A stretch of DNA of 63,855 nt, taken from positions 46,748,146 to 46,812,000 of the forward strand of contig NC_087444.1 of assembly GCF_036321535.1 (NCBI RefSeq), given 5' to 3'. The translations under genes and the position numbers were made by a program. Shown piece by piece: positions 1-13,395 of this stretch (the first letter of the stretch is position 1; the number at the start of each line of letters is the position of its first letter). This DNA comes from Camelus dromedarius. Taxonomy: Eukaryota. The notes beneath the pieces were generated by a model. It saw nothing but the letters and a program-made list of their open reading frames with translations. It was not told the origin of the DNA and did no database searches.

Positions 1-1319
1 AAAAGATCGACAGCGTTTACTCTCCGGAGCCAAACGCTTCTTGTTTTGATTATCCTGGAGGCTGGAGGCTGGAGGCTGCCGATCCCCGATCAGTTAAGTC
101 TTGTTAGCAAATTAATGGTTGTAGATTACAATGGTGCAGGACATGAGTTTTAGCCCCCGGCTTTAACTTGAAATGACAAAAGTATGCATCCTTCCAACCC
201 CCATTTTGCTCTGCAATTTTCCTCTTTGAGCACCTCACGATTCTCAAATAATTGTTCATGATGACTCCGGGCCTTTGGGGAGGTGGGCTTGGAAGCATTT
301 ACTGGACAGTTTTCTAAGTGGCCCAATTACCCATTTCTCCATGCCTGAACGCCTCACCTAAGTCAAGTTTCCTTGTGCATAAATACTACTGAAGAAACAA
401 AAAACAAAAACCAAAAAATAAAAAACCCCAAAGCATTCTGACTCTGAAAACTATCAGATGACAAAGACAGATGAGAACTGGTGCTTGTTTGAGCATTCTT
501 CTGGAACTTTAAATCAAGAGAAACCAAGAGTCACAAAAGAACTTCAAATGTGTGCATTCCGTCTTTCCCAGGAACCTAAGAGACCTATTTTCTACCTAGA
601 TCTTGGTCCTGAGGGCTTGATCTTCTATTCATTTCCATGCATTTGTGAAGAGTCGCCATAAATTTTCACAGGTTACCTTGCTCTGTCTTTTCTTCCTGGG
701 ACTCTAACCTTGCTATTTGCTGAAGAGTTCCACTCTAAGCTTCAGACAAGATGAGACATTGTTCCTCTATATTTGAGGTGAATGGGTGAAAGAATTACAA
801 CGCTTTCCTAAGTATGGAAATATGAGAAGTTGCAGAAGGTTCTTTCGCTCCGGAGGCCCATGTTTGGTAAGAGTTAAGTGTCACTTATCCCCTAATAGTA
901 CATATTCAGAGGGTTCTATGGCAGTAACTGAAAAAAACAGGGTTATAATGTCCCTGCCCTCCCTTTTCATTCACTCAAATAAAGAATTTCATATTCTAAG
1001 GCATCTGTTCTAGCACCCAGGATGCTATCTGAGCCAAGGGCTCGGAATATCAGCATAGCATGCCCCAATCAGCAGCACAGGTCAGAGACTTCACAAAACA
1101 TGGGTGACTACTGCATTATTATATTACATATATAATGCATACACATAGTATATGTAAATAATTAGACACATTAAATATTACTTACATATACAATTACGTA
1201 CAGTGTTGCATGCGTTCATGTTTCTCTACCTTTCTTCTTTAGAGAACAGAGGGTAATATTTCATAACACATGAAGATTAGGAAAATGCAATGATTAAAAA
1301 GAAGACACCAGAACTTCAC

Positions 1320-1575
1320 TGCCTGGCCTCAAGTCTTGGTTTGGCCACTTACAACCTGTGTTATCTCGGGTAAATTCCCTAGCCTTTCTGGGTCTTAGTT
1401 ACCGTCGCTGAGGTATCTCCTGAGCTTTATGGTAAGTCCACGAAACAGAGATGGAAGCAGCACTTCCTTCACTGGGTTGGCATGAAAAGGAAGGAAGGAA
1501 ATAAGAGGAAAACACTTAGAACAGTACCGGGCAGATGGTAAAGATTCATCAGAAGTGAGCTGCTATTACTATGAC
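1320..1575 (+). mobile_element. MIR SINE, split fragments
   Basis: Core ...gccacttacaacctgtgttatctcgggtaaa... and tail aacacttagaacagtaccgggca resemble the MIR consensus. Confidence 0.6.
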
Positions 1576-4022
1576 GATGATCACCATCACCTTCTTCGTA
1601 GTTAATAGCAGAATTATGATTAAGACGCACGTTTCTGAATCCCTTCAGTTTGTAAGGCCAGCACTTCCTAAATTTTGATGGTGTGATCCACCAGCATGAT
1701 TTTTAGTGATGAGGATTGTATTTTCAGCCTTTTTAAGTCAACTTAAAACAGCAACAACATTTAAAGAGTGACTTTAGTCCTGTCCTCAACAACATTACTG
1801 GGGAACCATGGATCCATGTGCCAATTATGCCTTTCCAATCTAAAGCAAAACACCTAACTTTGAAAATTAAAAAGTATTCTTTGGCGTATTACAAAATCAC
1901 CTGGTGTGCCACCAGAGCACTGTTGTGTGACAATTCAGGAGCCTCTGAGCGAGGCCTTGGCACATTTCAGAAGGGCCCAACCTGTGTAAGAACTGGGAGA
2001 CATTTGACATTTGGCAGAAACCCACCACCACTATCCATGTGGACAATAAATACACAACCTTGTCAAGGGACTGAGCGTGGATGACTGTCAGTAAGCTTCC
2101 TTCACACAGCACACATTCAGCTCTGAATCCAGTCTCAGTGCTAAAGGACTGAAAGGAGTTCCCTTTCATTAGCCTAAGTTCCTAGTAATGCGAGCATTGT
2201 GCTGGTGGGTAGACGCAGACTGGAGAGGCCCTTGTGGGAAAAAAAAAAAGACACTGTATCTGGAGGACTCATCCCATCTCTGCAGACTGGATTAAATGTA
2301 TTTTGACCCCTGCACTAACCCATTTTCATGTGATACATTTGGTACAAGAAGAGATTAATTACTTAGGAAAAACAAGCGAAAGTCCCTACAGCAAATATAT
2401 TATCGCTGTATAGAACGAGACACAGAGGTCTGCACTGGCACCATTAGCTCGGCTATAATAAATGAGATGCTCTATGTGATGTATAATATGGTAAAGAAAA
2501 CGCAGCTGTTTGCTTCTGTAGGAAAGTGCATAGGTGCACTGCACCTGAGTCTGCCAAACACTTAATAAGGCCTCAGCCACAAAGCTGCATCCCTGCGAAC
2601 AGCGATGGCTGAAAACCATTATCCATGGATAATTAACTGTGTCAGGACACTGAGGTCCTAACATGAGGTCCTCATAATTCCCCACTAAGGGAAAGACAGT
2701 AAAACATTATTATAATATATTACTAATATTTAATAAGAAGACTGCTCTATTTGTGTGTTATTAATGCAAGCTGTAAGTTACAGCAGCATTTGAATTATTA
2801 TTAGCTCTTCTGGGCACTCTATCTTGAAGGGCAAAGCACCCCTTTGAGCCGAAGTAAAGAAATACTTCCACTTGGGATTAAAATTTAAAAAATATATTTG
2901 CAATTTGTTCTGCTTATTTACCCTCTGATAACATAACATATCTATGGTGAATATTTATCACTGGAAAAGCCATTGCTAAAATGACCAGCATTAAGAATGT
3001 TCAAAGCTACACAGTTGTAAACCATGTCTAGTGTATTCCTTTGATCTTTAGAAGAGTCCACCCTTTCGCCTTCTCCAAGTATCTTGGTCATTTTGAGACT
3101 CTCCCCTGTAACACCAAGTCTTTAAATTTCTCGGTAACAAGCCTCTTTGATGCTTGAAGACAAAAGCCTCTCTCCATTTATTAAGATGACTTCCTACTGT
3201 GTGGGGCTGTTCTTTACCTCATAATTAAAATAGCACCTGAACACAGCCATCTGTGAACATGGATTAAGTTTTTACAAAACGTGAATATCCTTTCATTTTT
3301 TTTTTTTGTGACAAATGCCTCTAAACCTCATACATAATTTGTGTGACATACCCCACACCGAAGGAAAAAAAAAAAAAAGCTTAAATAAACTTTTACTCCA
3401 AAAACAAAAAAAAAGAGGAAAGGAATTAGGATAAACATTTTGCTCTTCACTGCAACCTTCCATGCATCAATAAAATCCATAAATTAATGTACAGCTCTGT
3501 AATTTGCTCAAAGAATGAATGAGCTGTCAGTCTTTGCTTTCTGTTTCTAGGATTCTGTCAGTTTATGGCAACCCAGAGACACAGTTTGCCACTTAATTTT
3601 CCTCTTCCTTTTTCAAATACACACATTTTGGAAAAGACATTATTTATACAAAAGGCTGCCAAGATACTGGGTTAAGATGGATTTGGATATACAGACTATT
3701 TCACAAGCTAGTCTTATTTAACCAAAATAGAGTCTCTTTGGGAGTTTTCTGCACAAACTGCAAATCCATAAATGCAGAGATTATAAACATTGATACAGAC
3801 ATTTCTTCCAGCGGGTTTTCTGACCCGATGTTAACTTTACATTAGAAATTCATGTTTCTTTAGAAATGTTGGCTTATTTCAGTGAAATGGTTCCTCTGGT
3901 ACAGTTGGGGGCTGTGATGTCAACCGGGCTCCATTGTAATAACCCTTATGAAATATTTACGATGAAACTGAACCACGCACGCGTAACAGCTGACTTTTGC
4001 GGCAGCCAAGGTTCAAGCTTAC

Positions 4023-4402
4023 CTTTTTCTTTTTATTAAAGGAAAGACATAGTTTTTATATTTTCCTCTTCTCCAGAAGATCAAACCCACATGTATTTAA
4101 CAACTTCCCAGACCACACCTCCATATGACCATCAGCCTCAGAGACAAGATTGAAAGATGAGTCTGATCACATGACATCTTCGGGCCATGAAAGAACAGCT
4201 GGGTTCCCCCATGGCAGAGCTGGAAATATGGCATAAACTCGAGGGTGTAATAGGAGAAATGGTGATCACCAGCAATGGAGTCCCCGTCCTTCCTTCCTGA
4301 GAACCAAAACCTTCATCGGATTCAAAACTGCCAACATTTTTGCAGACGCCCTTTTTATGGTGACAATGAGTGCCATATACACTTCATTCACTTTTGAAAA
4401 CT
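4023..4402 (-). other. Candidate non-coding exon, 380 nt
   Basis: Acceptor gtctttcatctttccttttacag|AG, donor AAAAG|gtaagc, with AATAAA just before the donor. Confidence 0.18.
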
Positions 4403-5084
4403 CTGTAAAAGGAAAGATGAAAGACTGCCAAGTTAAAGGCAAAAATATATATATACACACACAAATATTTCCTCCAAGCGAGAACCAACATAGAACAGAG
4501 TAATACTACAAGGTCATGGAAGGCAGCACCCAGACTGCATCCTCGTCTCCAGGCCAAAGTCAGTGCCGCTGTTCCCAGGAAGTATGAGAAGGCTGAGAAG
4601 AGTTTTCACTCTGAGCAGGCAGGACGCACATTCCATATCAGAATCCTACCCACACCATCCAATTTGCAGACATGTATTGATTAGCCTGAATAATATCTGA
4701 ATTATTGCTACCATTCAAATAGTTAGACTTCACAAGCCTGCATACACAATCTGAATTTTCCCCTTCTCTTGAAAATGTAGGCGACCCCACAGTAACACAG
4801 ATTCAGCCTCCTTGCTACCCACTTCAGACAGGGCAGGAACTTCCCTGTTCACCCCAGTCTCACATCTCTGCCTTCATTCACCCAGACTATCTGCCAGGCC
4901 CTGGAGACATTTTAGTTTGCATTCTCTTGTCTGAATCCACTAGAAAACTCACAAGTACCCAAGTACCAAGCTGCTCTCATCAAGAGCTCAGAAGAGCACT
5001 TCCTTGAGAAAGCCTGATGCCTCTTCGGGCACGATTTCACCACTTCATGTGCCCTCCTAACCCCTCAAAACCAGCTCTCTCCAG

Positions 5085-5700
5085 AAAATATGGAAACTCT
5101 AATTTGAAAAGATACATGCACCCCATTGTTCGTAGCAGCACTATTTACAATAGCCGAGACATGAACCAACCTAAATGTCCATCAACAGATGACTGGATAA
5201 AGAAGATGTAGTATGGAATACTACTCAGCCATAAAAAGGAAAAAACCATTTGCAGTAACATGGAAGGACCTAGAGATTATCATACTAAGTGAAGTCAGTC
5301 AGAGAACAACAAATATCATATGATGTAACTTAGGTGTGGAATCTAAAAAAATGATACAAAGAACTTATTAACAAAACAGAAATAGACACTCAGACATAGA
5401 AAACAAATTTATGGTTACCAAAGGGGTAAGATAGGGGAGGGATAAATTAGGAGTTTGGGATTAACATACACTACTATACATAAAACAGATAACAAGGCCC
5501 TACTGTAGAGCACAGGGAACTACAGTCAGTATCTTGTAACCTATAATGGAAAAGAATCTGAAAAAGAACATATAGATAGACAGATCTATACATCTATCTA
5601 TATACAGATATATAGATATAAAAATAACTGAATCAGTTTCCTGTACCCCCTGAAACTAACACGACATTGTAATCAACTATAATTCAATTAAAAAAAAAAA
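5085..5700 (+). mobile_element. L1 3' end (ORF2 C-terminus remnant + 3'UTR + polyA), cetartiodactyl L1_Art-like
   Basis: aacctaaatgtccatcaacagatgactggataaagaagatg ... gtagagcacagggaactac ... gaaactaacacgacattgtaatcaactataattcaatt + polyA. Confidence 0.93.
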
Positions 5701-6807
5701 TCACAGTACCTTAAAAAAGAAGAAGAAGAAAAAAACCCCAACAAAACAAAAAACCAGGTCCCATTCTCTCAGTCACATAGCCAGGCATAATGGTCTTCGG
5801 GGCCCTTGGGACAAAGGCTAGAACTTGTGTGAACGCACAAAACACGCCCCAAAATACACAGGGAGAAATCCCCAGCTCAGGGAAGGCCCACCTTACTTAC
5901 CATGCAGAGTTGTCACCCTGAGCCGGGCCGCCCCTCTTTGTGTTTGCTTCACTCAAACTCGCCCGCAGATTTCTCCATGCAGGCTGTACTTTCTTAACAC
6001 ATCCTCTCTGACTTTTCTGCCACAGCCTGTTTCCAGGGCAGCTGCTGGAAGATGCTGTGCTTCACACGGCTCCCTATTCTCAGAGGCCCCCTCANNNNNN
6101 NNNNNNNNNNNNNNNNNNNNNNNNNNNNNNNNNNNNNNNNNNNNNNNNNNNNNNNNNNNNNNNNNNNNNNNNNNNNNNNNNNNNNNNNNNNNNNNNNNNN
6201 NNNNNNNNNNNNNNNNNNNNNNNNNNNNNNNNNNGCGGAAATGTAAAGCTTCTACTTCGTGTGAGGAAACAGAAAAGAAGTGTGTTTATTATCCCAATAA
6301 GATAACCTGCTCATTTCTTTAAGAGGCAATTTTTAAGAGGACGTTCGTTCACAGCGAAATCTCACTTGAGCAGATTAGATGAAAAATAACCAGCGCAAAC
6401 ACAATGCCTATTTCAGCCAAGGGCTTTTGCGAAGCGGGAATCACCCAGAGAGACATGCATGGGTCTGCTGGGAGGCATGGCCACGGATTACTTCCGTCCT
6501 GCTCCTCCCGGAGTCCCCTGAACCGAGCCCAGAGTTAGTTATAGAGTTATCTCTCTCAGACTTTGCAGATGATGCCTTACATCATGACAACAGAGAAGAG
6601 GCAAGGTCTCTGGACCTGCCTGCCTACAACAAGTTTCTGTAAAGTAATGAATACAGACAGCTTGGGGACCGTCCACCTGTGCAGCCTGCCTCTTCCCGCC
6701 TGCAAAGTGAAACCACCAGGGACTGGCAGAAGGTACTTGTCTGACAGGGCCAGGGCAGCCTTCCTCCTCCATGACAGCCTGGGCCTCCCCTCTTAAACTT
6801 GACCCAC

Positions 6808-7059
6808 CGTAATTCCTTCACANNNNNNNNNNNNNNNNNNNNNNNNNNNNNNNNNNNNNNNNNNNNNNNNNNNNNNNNNNNNNNNNNNNNNNNNNNNNNN
6901 NNNNNNNNNNNNNNNNNNNNNNNNNNNNNNNNNNNNNNNNNNNNNNNNNNNNNNNNNNNNNNNNNNNNNNNNNNNNNNNNNNNNNNNNNNNNNNNNNNNN
7001 NNNNNNNNNNNNNNNNNNNNNNNNNNNNNNNNNNNNNNNNNNNNNNNNNNATGGTGAAA
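6808..7059 (-). other. Candidate internal exon, 252 nt, core hidden by N-run
   Basis: Minus acceptor ctcgctttctttccag|TTTCACCAT lies 9 nt from N-run 6823-7050; donor TTACG|gtgggt lies 15 nt beyond it. Length is divisible by 3. Confidence 0.4.
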
Positions 7060-8554
7060 CTGGAAAGAAAGCGAGCTCATGGTATCATTACGGCACATGC
7101 TGCCTTAGCAAAGCCTATGCTTTCCAGGGGTTAATTACAATCACCTTCCAGGGCCCCTGTTCTGGTGGGGAGGAGGCCCGAGCTGGCCAGTGGGGTGGAG
7201 ATTTTGCTGGCAAGGCCACGGGGCACCTGGAGGGATGCAGAGGCTGCCGGCAGGCTGGGAAGAGAGGCCGGATATACCGAGAGCGGGCCGAGCATCTGGC
7301 AGGGTGTTTCCCGGAGCTCAGACCCAGCCCTCCACAAGCCTGCCTGGTAGACACGACTTCATTTTCTTCTCTGTAAAATGCATCTTTTCAGTGAAGACAA
7401 AGATAAGGATGAAAGGAAGGGAGTCAGAACCTCTAGAACGCCTTTCCAGGACTGACTGACTCAGAATACAACAGAACTGAAGCGTTTCCACTTAACATGG
7501 GCATCTCCTTGTGAAAAATTAAGATGGCCCACTAAACCTGAGGTTTCTTAAACTACAAAGTAGCACTCTGTCCAGTGGAGAGGATGGAGAGAAAGCTAAT
7601 CAGAAAAGGCCTGTCAGCCACTCCCCTCTTGGAAAGAAACACTAAACTCTTCCTTTCCTGTGTGGATACCAACAGCCTGATCAATACGCACCAAACACGG
7701 AATATTCTAAACATACTGGAATTGTTCAAATAATTTCAACACACAATGTGAAGGTGACTGACCTATTTTTGTTGTTTGATTTGTTTTGTTTTGTTTTTGT
7801 CCTGGGACAAGAGACTGAAAATCATTCCGATAAATGACGCAACAGTGTCCCCTACAGGCCAACGGAGCTATACTTTACCCCACCCCCACCCCCCCATTAC
7901 TTCCTCAACTGAAAGCCAGAGTCAAACTTTTATCTATAACCTGGAATATACATTACAGAGTAAATTTGTAAAATACACTAGGGACACCCCTGAGATAAAA
8001 TAAAATTACTGCTCTTCATGTGCGGTAAATTGTTTCCCAGATATAAACATACTGTACAGCGGTGATTAACCCATTACAGAGAAGATAAATGCTACCTGTT
8101 TGCCCTAAGGGAAGCTACTCAAATCAGCCTTGACTAACCCAGCTCCGAAATTACTCCACTTAGAGGATTTACAGATTCTTGGAGGCTAAACTTTGATGTT
8201 CTCATCTGTGCCCCGACTCTCTCACCTTCTAGAAGATTGTAACCAGCATAAAAGAGATGACATAGCTATAAAGGTAATAACTTTTTCCTTTAAAAGACTT
8301 ACGGGAGGGAGATGTATAAAGGATGAGCTGGAAACCACTCCCTCACAGAGACACAGAGGCACCCACAACTAAGAAGTGGGAAACGTCTTTAGGTACCAGA
8401 GGAAACAAACATTTACAGATACACGCCCACCCATCTCCACTCTGGGAAGGATCCTGGAAGGCCTCTAACCCCCACACTGTGAGACCCAGGTCAAGCACTA
8501 CGTGAACAGCTGAGTGGATGACAAAGAGGAAAGCCTTGTACCTGCTCCAGCTGC

Positions 8555-8735
8555 ATCCACACAGCGGTGGCCCGAGCTGCGCTGTCTTGGCTTAAATTCC
8601 ATCTCCACTACTTAGCGGTGCTGCCTTGGGCAACGACTCTCCATCTCTATGCCTCCCTTTTCTCACCTCCTAAAGTGTTTAAAGCTGTCCGGCAGTTAGC
8701 GAGTTCTCAGTAAATGGTAGCGGCTAGTATTGCTA
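8555..8735 (+). mobile_element. MIR SINE
   Basis: ccttgggcaacgactctccatctctatgcctccc...ctcacct...; tail ttctcagtaaatggtagc. Confidence 0.6.
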
Positions 8736-9199
8736 AACTCAGGACAACTGCAGGCTGATTTCAAGGCTGGTGGAGGTAGAAAGTGAAGCCACAGGAGTAA
8801 CACCTGCCCTTCCGTTAGTTGCTCCCTGGGCTCTAGCCTTGTCAGAGCTGGAAGATGCCTTCGAGGTCACCGGAAGAAGCCACCTCTTCTGTAGACGAAG
8901 TTGCTGAGCTCTGGTGTCTGTGACTTGCTTAAGAGTCCACAGCCAGCTGGAGACAGGATTCAAACTGGAGTTCAGGCCTCCGCCTGTCAGTTCTATGTGG
9001 CAGTCCTTACCTCGTGCAGGGCCTGACATGGGATGAGCTCTGTCCAGTGTGCCTCCCCACACCAACTCAGCAACGTTGGGCCCCCATCGGGAGGCTAGGA
9101 TTGTACCTGGAGGCACCCTCCCAAAGGAGAGGCCAGGCTGGGTGAATTTGGCTGGGACTGTTCTTCCTTTTTTGGTTTTGATCTGAAGGTGAGGGGTAA

Positions 9200-9435
9200 T
9201 TTTTATTGAACACCTAGCATGTGTCTCTAGGTGTTCTACGTGGGATCCCTTGGTCCGCCCCATGAAACAGCTTCTCTTATTACCCCCTCAGGCAAGTTAC
9301 AAATGAGAAAATGGAGGTTCAGAGGGGTTGAGTAACTTGGGTTAATTATAACTCGTCTGGAATCATAGAAGTGGATCCAAGATTTAAACCCAGGCAATCT
9401 GACTCAGAATCCATGCTCCCAGCCTCTATACCATG
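9200..9435 (-). mobile_element. MIR SINE
   Basis: ttattgaacacctagcatgtg ... acaaatgagaaaatggaggttcagaggggttgagtaacttg ... gatttaaacccaggcaatctgactc. Confidence 0.8.
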
Positions 9436-9789
9436 TTCATAAAATGTTCTTTGAAAGAAACCATTTCCCCCACCATTCACCACTGAGAGCTTGGTCTCTC
9501 TGGAGAGAAGGCAGCCCAGGTTTTATTCTGTGACCCATAATCACATATAGAGTTCTCTCCTATTTCTCGCTCATACCTGGAGACAAACAGCTCTCAGCCA
9601 CTTGCACCGACACAATTTCACAACAGAGCAGCGCTCCTCACGACAGCCTGGCATATAACGAGTCACACACAGACACTTCTGGAGAGCCTGTCCCTTTCAT
9701 CCCTGGGACAAGGGTTTCCCCAGGATCCTGACTTCACCTCCTTCACAGCATTCTTACCCCATACTGTATACTGCACTTCCCCCAAGCAG

Positions 9790-9872
9790 TGTTGCTCATC
9801 TCTATAACCTCAGGGCCGACGGTAGTGCCTGGGATCAGGGAGGCACTCGACAAATATTTGCTGAATCAATAC
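9790..9872 (+). mobile_element. L2 3' end
   Basis: gtagtgcctggg...ggcactcgacaaatatttgctgaatcaat. Confidence 0.65.
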
Positions 9873-10439
9873 ATAACTGACAGCTCACTCCCAGTAACCA
9901 TAACCACCACTTATTAAGCGCTGGAGCGCATTACCCATGTCATCCCCCCAGCGCCTATGAGACATGCACAACTTCTCCTGTTCTCTCTGAAGAGATACCT
10001 GTGAATGTAACATGGCCTGAATTTAAGCCTTCCTTAAAGGGAAGACCTTTAAGGTGACGCATCGTTCGTTTTAAAGTCACTGGGAACCAGGGTGCAGACG
10101 ATCAAAGGAGAAAGGAATGCGATGGCCTCCCTCGGATGGAGATCCTCAGAACACTGATATTCCATGAACAGCTCACCAGTCTGACTCACTAGAACGAGAG
10201 CTGCAAGTTTTATAACAAGTGATTATTTTACGATGAAGATCGGAAGAGAAAATTTTGTCCTTATCTCAAACAGAATGACGATATTTTGGCTCTGCTGAGA
10301 GTCACTGAATACGTAGGGTGTGACCACTACATACATTTTTGAAAAGACATGTTCAGAGTTGCACTTAGGAAGACATTTTTTAGCTGTCATTGCCCTTAGG
10401 ATATACGCTCCATGAGAGAAGAGTTCCCATCAGTTCACA

Positions 10440-10528
10440 TCCCTGCTGTGTTTCCAGTACCCTGGAACAGCACTTGAAGAATAGCTGGTACTTAATAAGT
10501 ATTTGCTGCATAAATAAATAAATGAATC
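10440..10528 (+). mobile_element. L2 3' end
   Basis: tgtttccagtacctggaacagcac...gtacttaataagtatttgctgcataaataaataaatgaat. Confidence 0.65.
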
Positions 10529-11314
10529 CATGTTTTCTCAAAAAGTGGAAGAAGCCCTGCCTCTAAGAAGCAGCCAGCAACCAGTCACGGTCAGAAGGCA
10601 GCCAGGAGCGGGGCTCATCCTGAAGCCTATGTGTTGATTTTATAAATAAGATGCGCGGAAGTCAATTGGCTTCTGTCCCCCGTAAAACTGTTCCAAGCAA
10701 GACAGTAACAATGGTAATAACGTTAACCACACTTGCCTCCTTAAGACAAGTTGCTGTATCTTGGAGAAAAGGTAGCCCTATCTCTAGACTCATTTAATCC
10801 TTGCTCTAAATTTATACAATGTTTCAATTCCTACACATTTATGAGGAGGTTTTATGGAGTTATCGGGTTTTATGGAGTAATCTGGTTCAGAGACACAAAG
10901 GACATTCTTCTGCTAACGGCGGCAGAAAGCAGAAACTGCAATTATTAAAAGAGATGGGACAGATGCTTTAGAAAGAAAGACGCGGATGGCAGCTAGCTGG
11001 CCAGTGCCTCCCTGCCGCTCCCCGGAATTCTCTTCCTTTACTCCTCACATGCACCCCGAACGCTGCACACAAATTCAGCTCATTGCAGGGGACAGTTACT
11101 GAACTGGAGATGCCACAACTTCAAGTTCCCAACTAATTCGGCCAAAAGCAGCAGCCGCTGTCTTGAGCATGGGTGACAGTACCTGGCATGGTCAGGTGAC
11201 TCAGTCACGTGTTATCTCAGAAGAGAACTATACTGTCCTCATCATCCCACAGCCCATCTTCAAGGCTAGGGACGGCGATCTGGGGCTCGGGTTTTACAGT
11301 TGGTGAACAGACAA

Positions 11315-11400
11315 GACAGATCCCCGCCCTCATGAGGTTTACATTCTAGTGAGAGAGACAAAAAATATAAACATAATCAACTACTTATATAGTACATGCT
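11315..11400 (-). mobile_element. L2 fragment
   Basis: ccccgccctcatgaggtttacattctagtgagagagaca. Confidence 0.6.
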
Positions 11401-11539
11401 GGGTTACTTCTTCTCTAAGTTTCCTTGGTGTAGACTCCATTGCGCAGTCATCCTTCTGCGTCCCAGAGTGCCCCACGCGAAGGAGAACAGGAATCTGTCA
11501 CCTGTGTGCCTTTATGAACCTCCCCCGCCCCTCCCCGAC

Positions 11540-11655
11540 ATGAGACTATAAATTATTTCAGAGTCGAGACTGTTTCATATTCATCCTGCCGTTTCCCACG
11601 GTGTCGAGTGCAGTGACTTGTACTTGATAAGCATGTAGTAAATAATAGTTTATAA
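11540..11655 (+). mobile_element. L2 3' fragment
   Basis: gactataaattattt...gagactgtttcatattcatc...tgacttgtacttgataagcatgtagtaaata. Confidence 0.5.
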
Positions 11656-12589
11656 TTGCTAAACTGGACTGGGCCAACCTGTTAGCTTTGAGTAGAACCT
11701 GGCCTGCCATCAGGCAAGAGGAGAGACCAGACCACCATGGAGAAAACCGTAACGTGCCAGTCTTAAAACCGGAGTCCGTCCACACAAGCGAGTCACGCCA
11801 GCTGGCTTACTTGTGGCACCCAGATTAGAGTTCTGAAGCTGACTGGCTTAGAAAGGGAAGTCCTACCCATGATAAGATCTAGGTTATAACCACTGGATTG
11901 TGGACCCCCAACAAAGGTGTCCAAAGTGGATCCCTCCTGGAAGTACGTGGTGATGGGGGGTGCTGCGGAGGACAGGAGGACCGTCTATAATAAGACATCC
12001 GGTTGTTTCAGGAGTCTAGAAAAAAATGCTAACTTGGCAGCCTTTTTAGATACCAAACCCAATATGGAGAAGACGAGTATAAAAACATCTAGGTCTGGAG
12101 AGTTACTTTTAACTGGAAGTAAGTAGTTCTAAAAGCTTTTCTAAAGAACATGCCATAAGCATTTTAAAAAACTGTTCTCAGTAACCATTTTAAGGCTCCG
12201 TGGACCCAAATGAAGTTGTCTGCGATGGGGCTATCGTAAGTCCTGTTTGAGCCTAGAAGCTGAGGGGCTTAGGAGAACAGAGTTTCCATTTACTTAGGCT
12301 ACAGTCCTATCCAGCGTGCAATGTTCAGAGATTCTGTAATGACAGACATGTAAGAGGATGGTAGAGGGAAGCGGGAGGCGACCTAGAGAAACAAGTAAAT
12401 ACGCATGTGGGCCACATGCGGTAAAGAAAGGGCCGTGGTAAGTGGGAACCGGGCACAGCTGCGTACTTGTGACAGCCTCGTTTGGAACTCTATCCATCCA
12501 ATAAGCCAAATACCCCTAACAGGCTTGTGACCTCTTTACCACTTAGGGGTAAGTCGTTAAGTCTGCCATGTTTTAAAATCTCCTAATAA

Positions 12590-13395
12590 AAAACTAATGG
12601 TCTTCAATAAGCCCATGGAAAGATGCTCAACATCATTAGTCATCGGGGACATGTAGATCAAAACCACAATGAGATAACACTGGGATGTCTCGAATCCAAA
12701 AAGAGGACAAGAACAAGTGCTGGCAAGACGGTGGAAAAAATCGAAACCTCTGTGTGCCACTGCTGGGAATGCAAAACGGCACAGGAGTTGGGGAAAAGGG
12801 CCAGGCAGCTCCTCAAAAAGTTAAACATCAAGTTACCATTGTGACTCAACAATTCCATGCCTAGGTTTTTACTCAAAGGGACTGAAGACATGTCACTCAA
12901 AAACTTGCACATGAATGTACACAGTAGCCTTATGCGTGAGAGCCAGAAAGTCAACCCAAGCATCTCTCAGCTGATGAATGGATAAACAAAATGTGGTACA
13001 GCCACAAAATAGGATTAGTTTTTGGCAACCAAAAGGAACGAAGAACTGATACAGGCTACAACATGGATGAACCTTGAAATCATTATGCTAAATGAAAGAA
13101 GCCAGACACAAAAGTCCTGTATGATTCCATTTCTATGAAATGTTCAGAAGAGGCAAGTCTATAGAAACAGAAAGTAGGTTAGACAGACAGTTGTCAAGGA
13201 CTGTGGGGAGAAGGGGAAATTGGGAGTGGGTGTTCACAGGTTCAGGCTGCTGTCTGGGGTGATGGAAATGCTCTGGAATTGGGTAATGGTCACAGCCGCA
13301 CCATCTTGTGACTATACTTTAAAAAAAAATCACTGAACTGTACACTTTCAAATGACTAATTTTATGTTACATGAATTATACCTCGGTTTAAAAAA
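12590..13395 (+). mobile_element. Old L1 3' end (L1MB-like)
   Basis: atggaaagatgctcaacatcattagtcatc...atcaaaaccacaatgagata ... gctacaacatggatgaaccttgaaatcattatgctaaatgaaagaagccagacacaaaag ... atgaattatacctc. Confidence 0.9.

Noticed and set aside
358-388. 31/28-nt minus-strand micro-exon
   Set aside because: The acceptor tract derives from a simple A-rich run; such pseudo-acceptors are abundant here.
5570-5620. TATAGATAGA...TCTATCTATA hairpin
   Set aside because: It is an expansion of the TA-rich microsatellite within the L1 3'UTR.
8739-9263. 174-aa minus-strand ORF
   Set aside because: No recognisable domain, starts inside a MIR, no supporting splice or promoter signals; length is plausible by chance.
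11880-12260. Ancient hAT/Charlie relic
   Set aside because: Only short gtggaccc-type similarities; ends and family cannot be supported.
12402-12420. CGCATGTGG-G-CCACATGCG palindrome with inverted E-boxes
   Set aside because: Same chance expectation as above and no supporting context.
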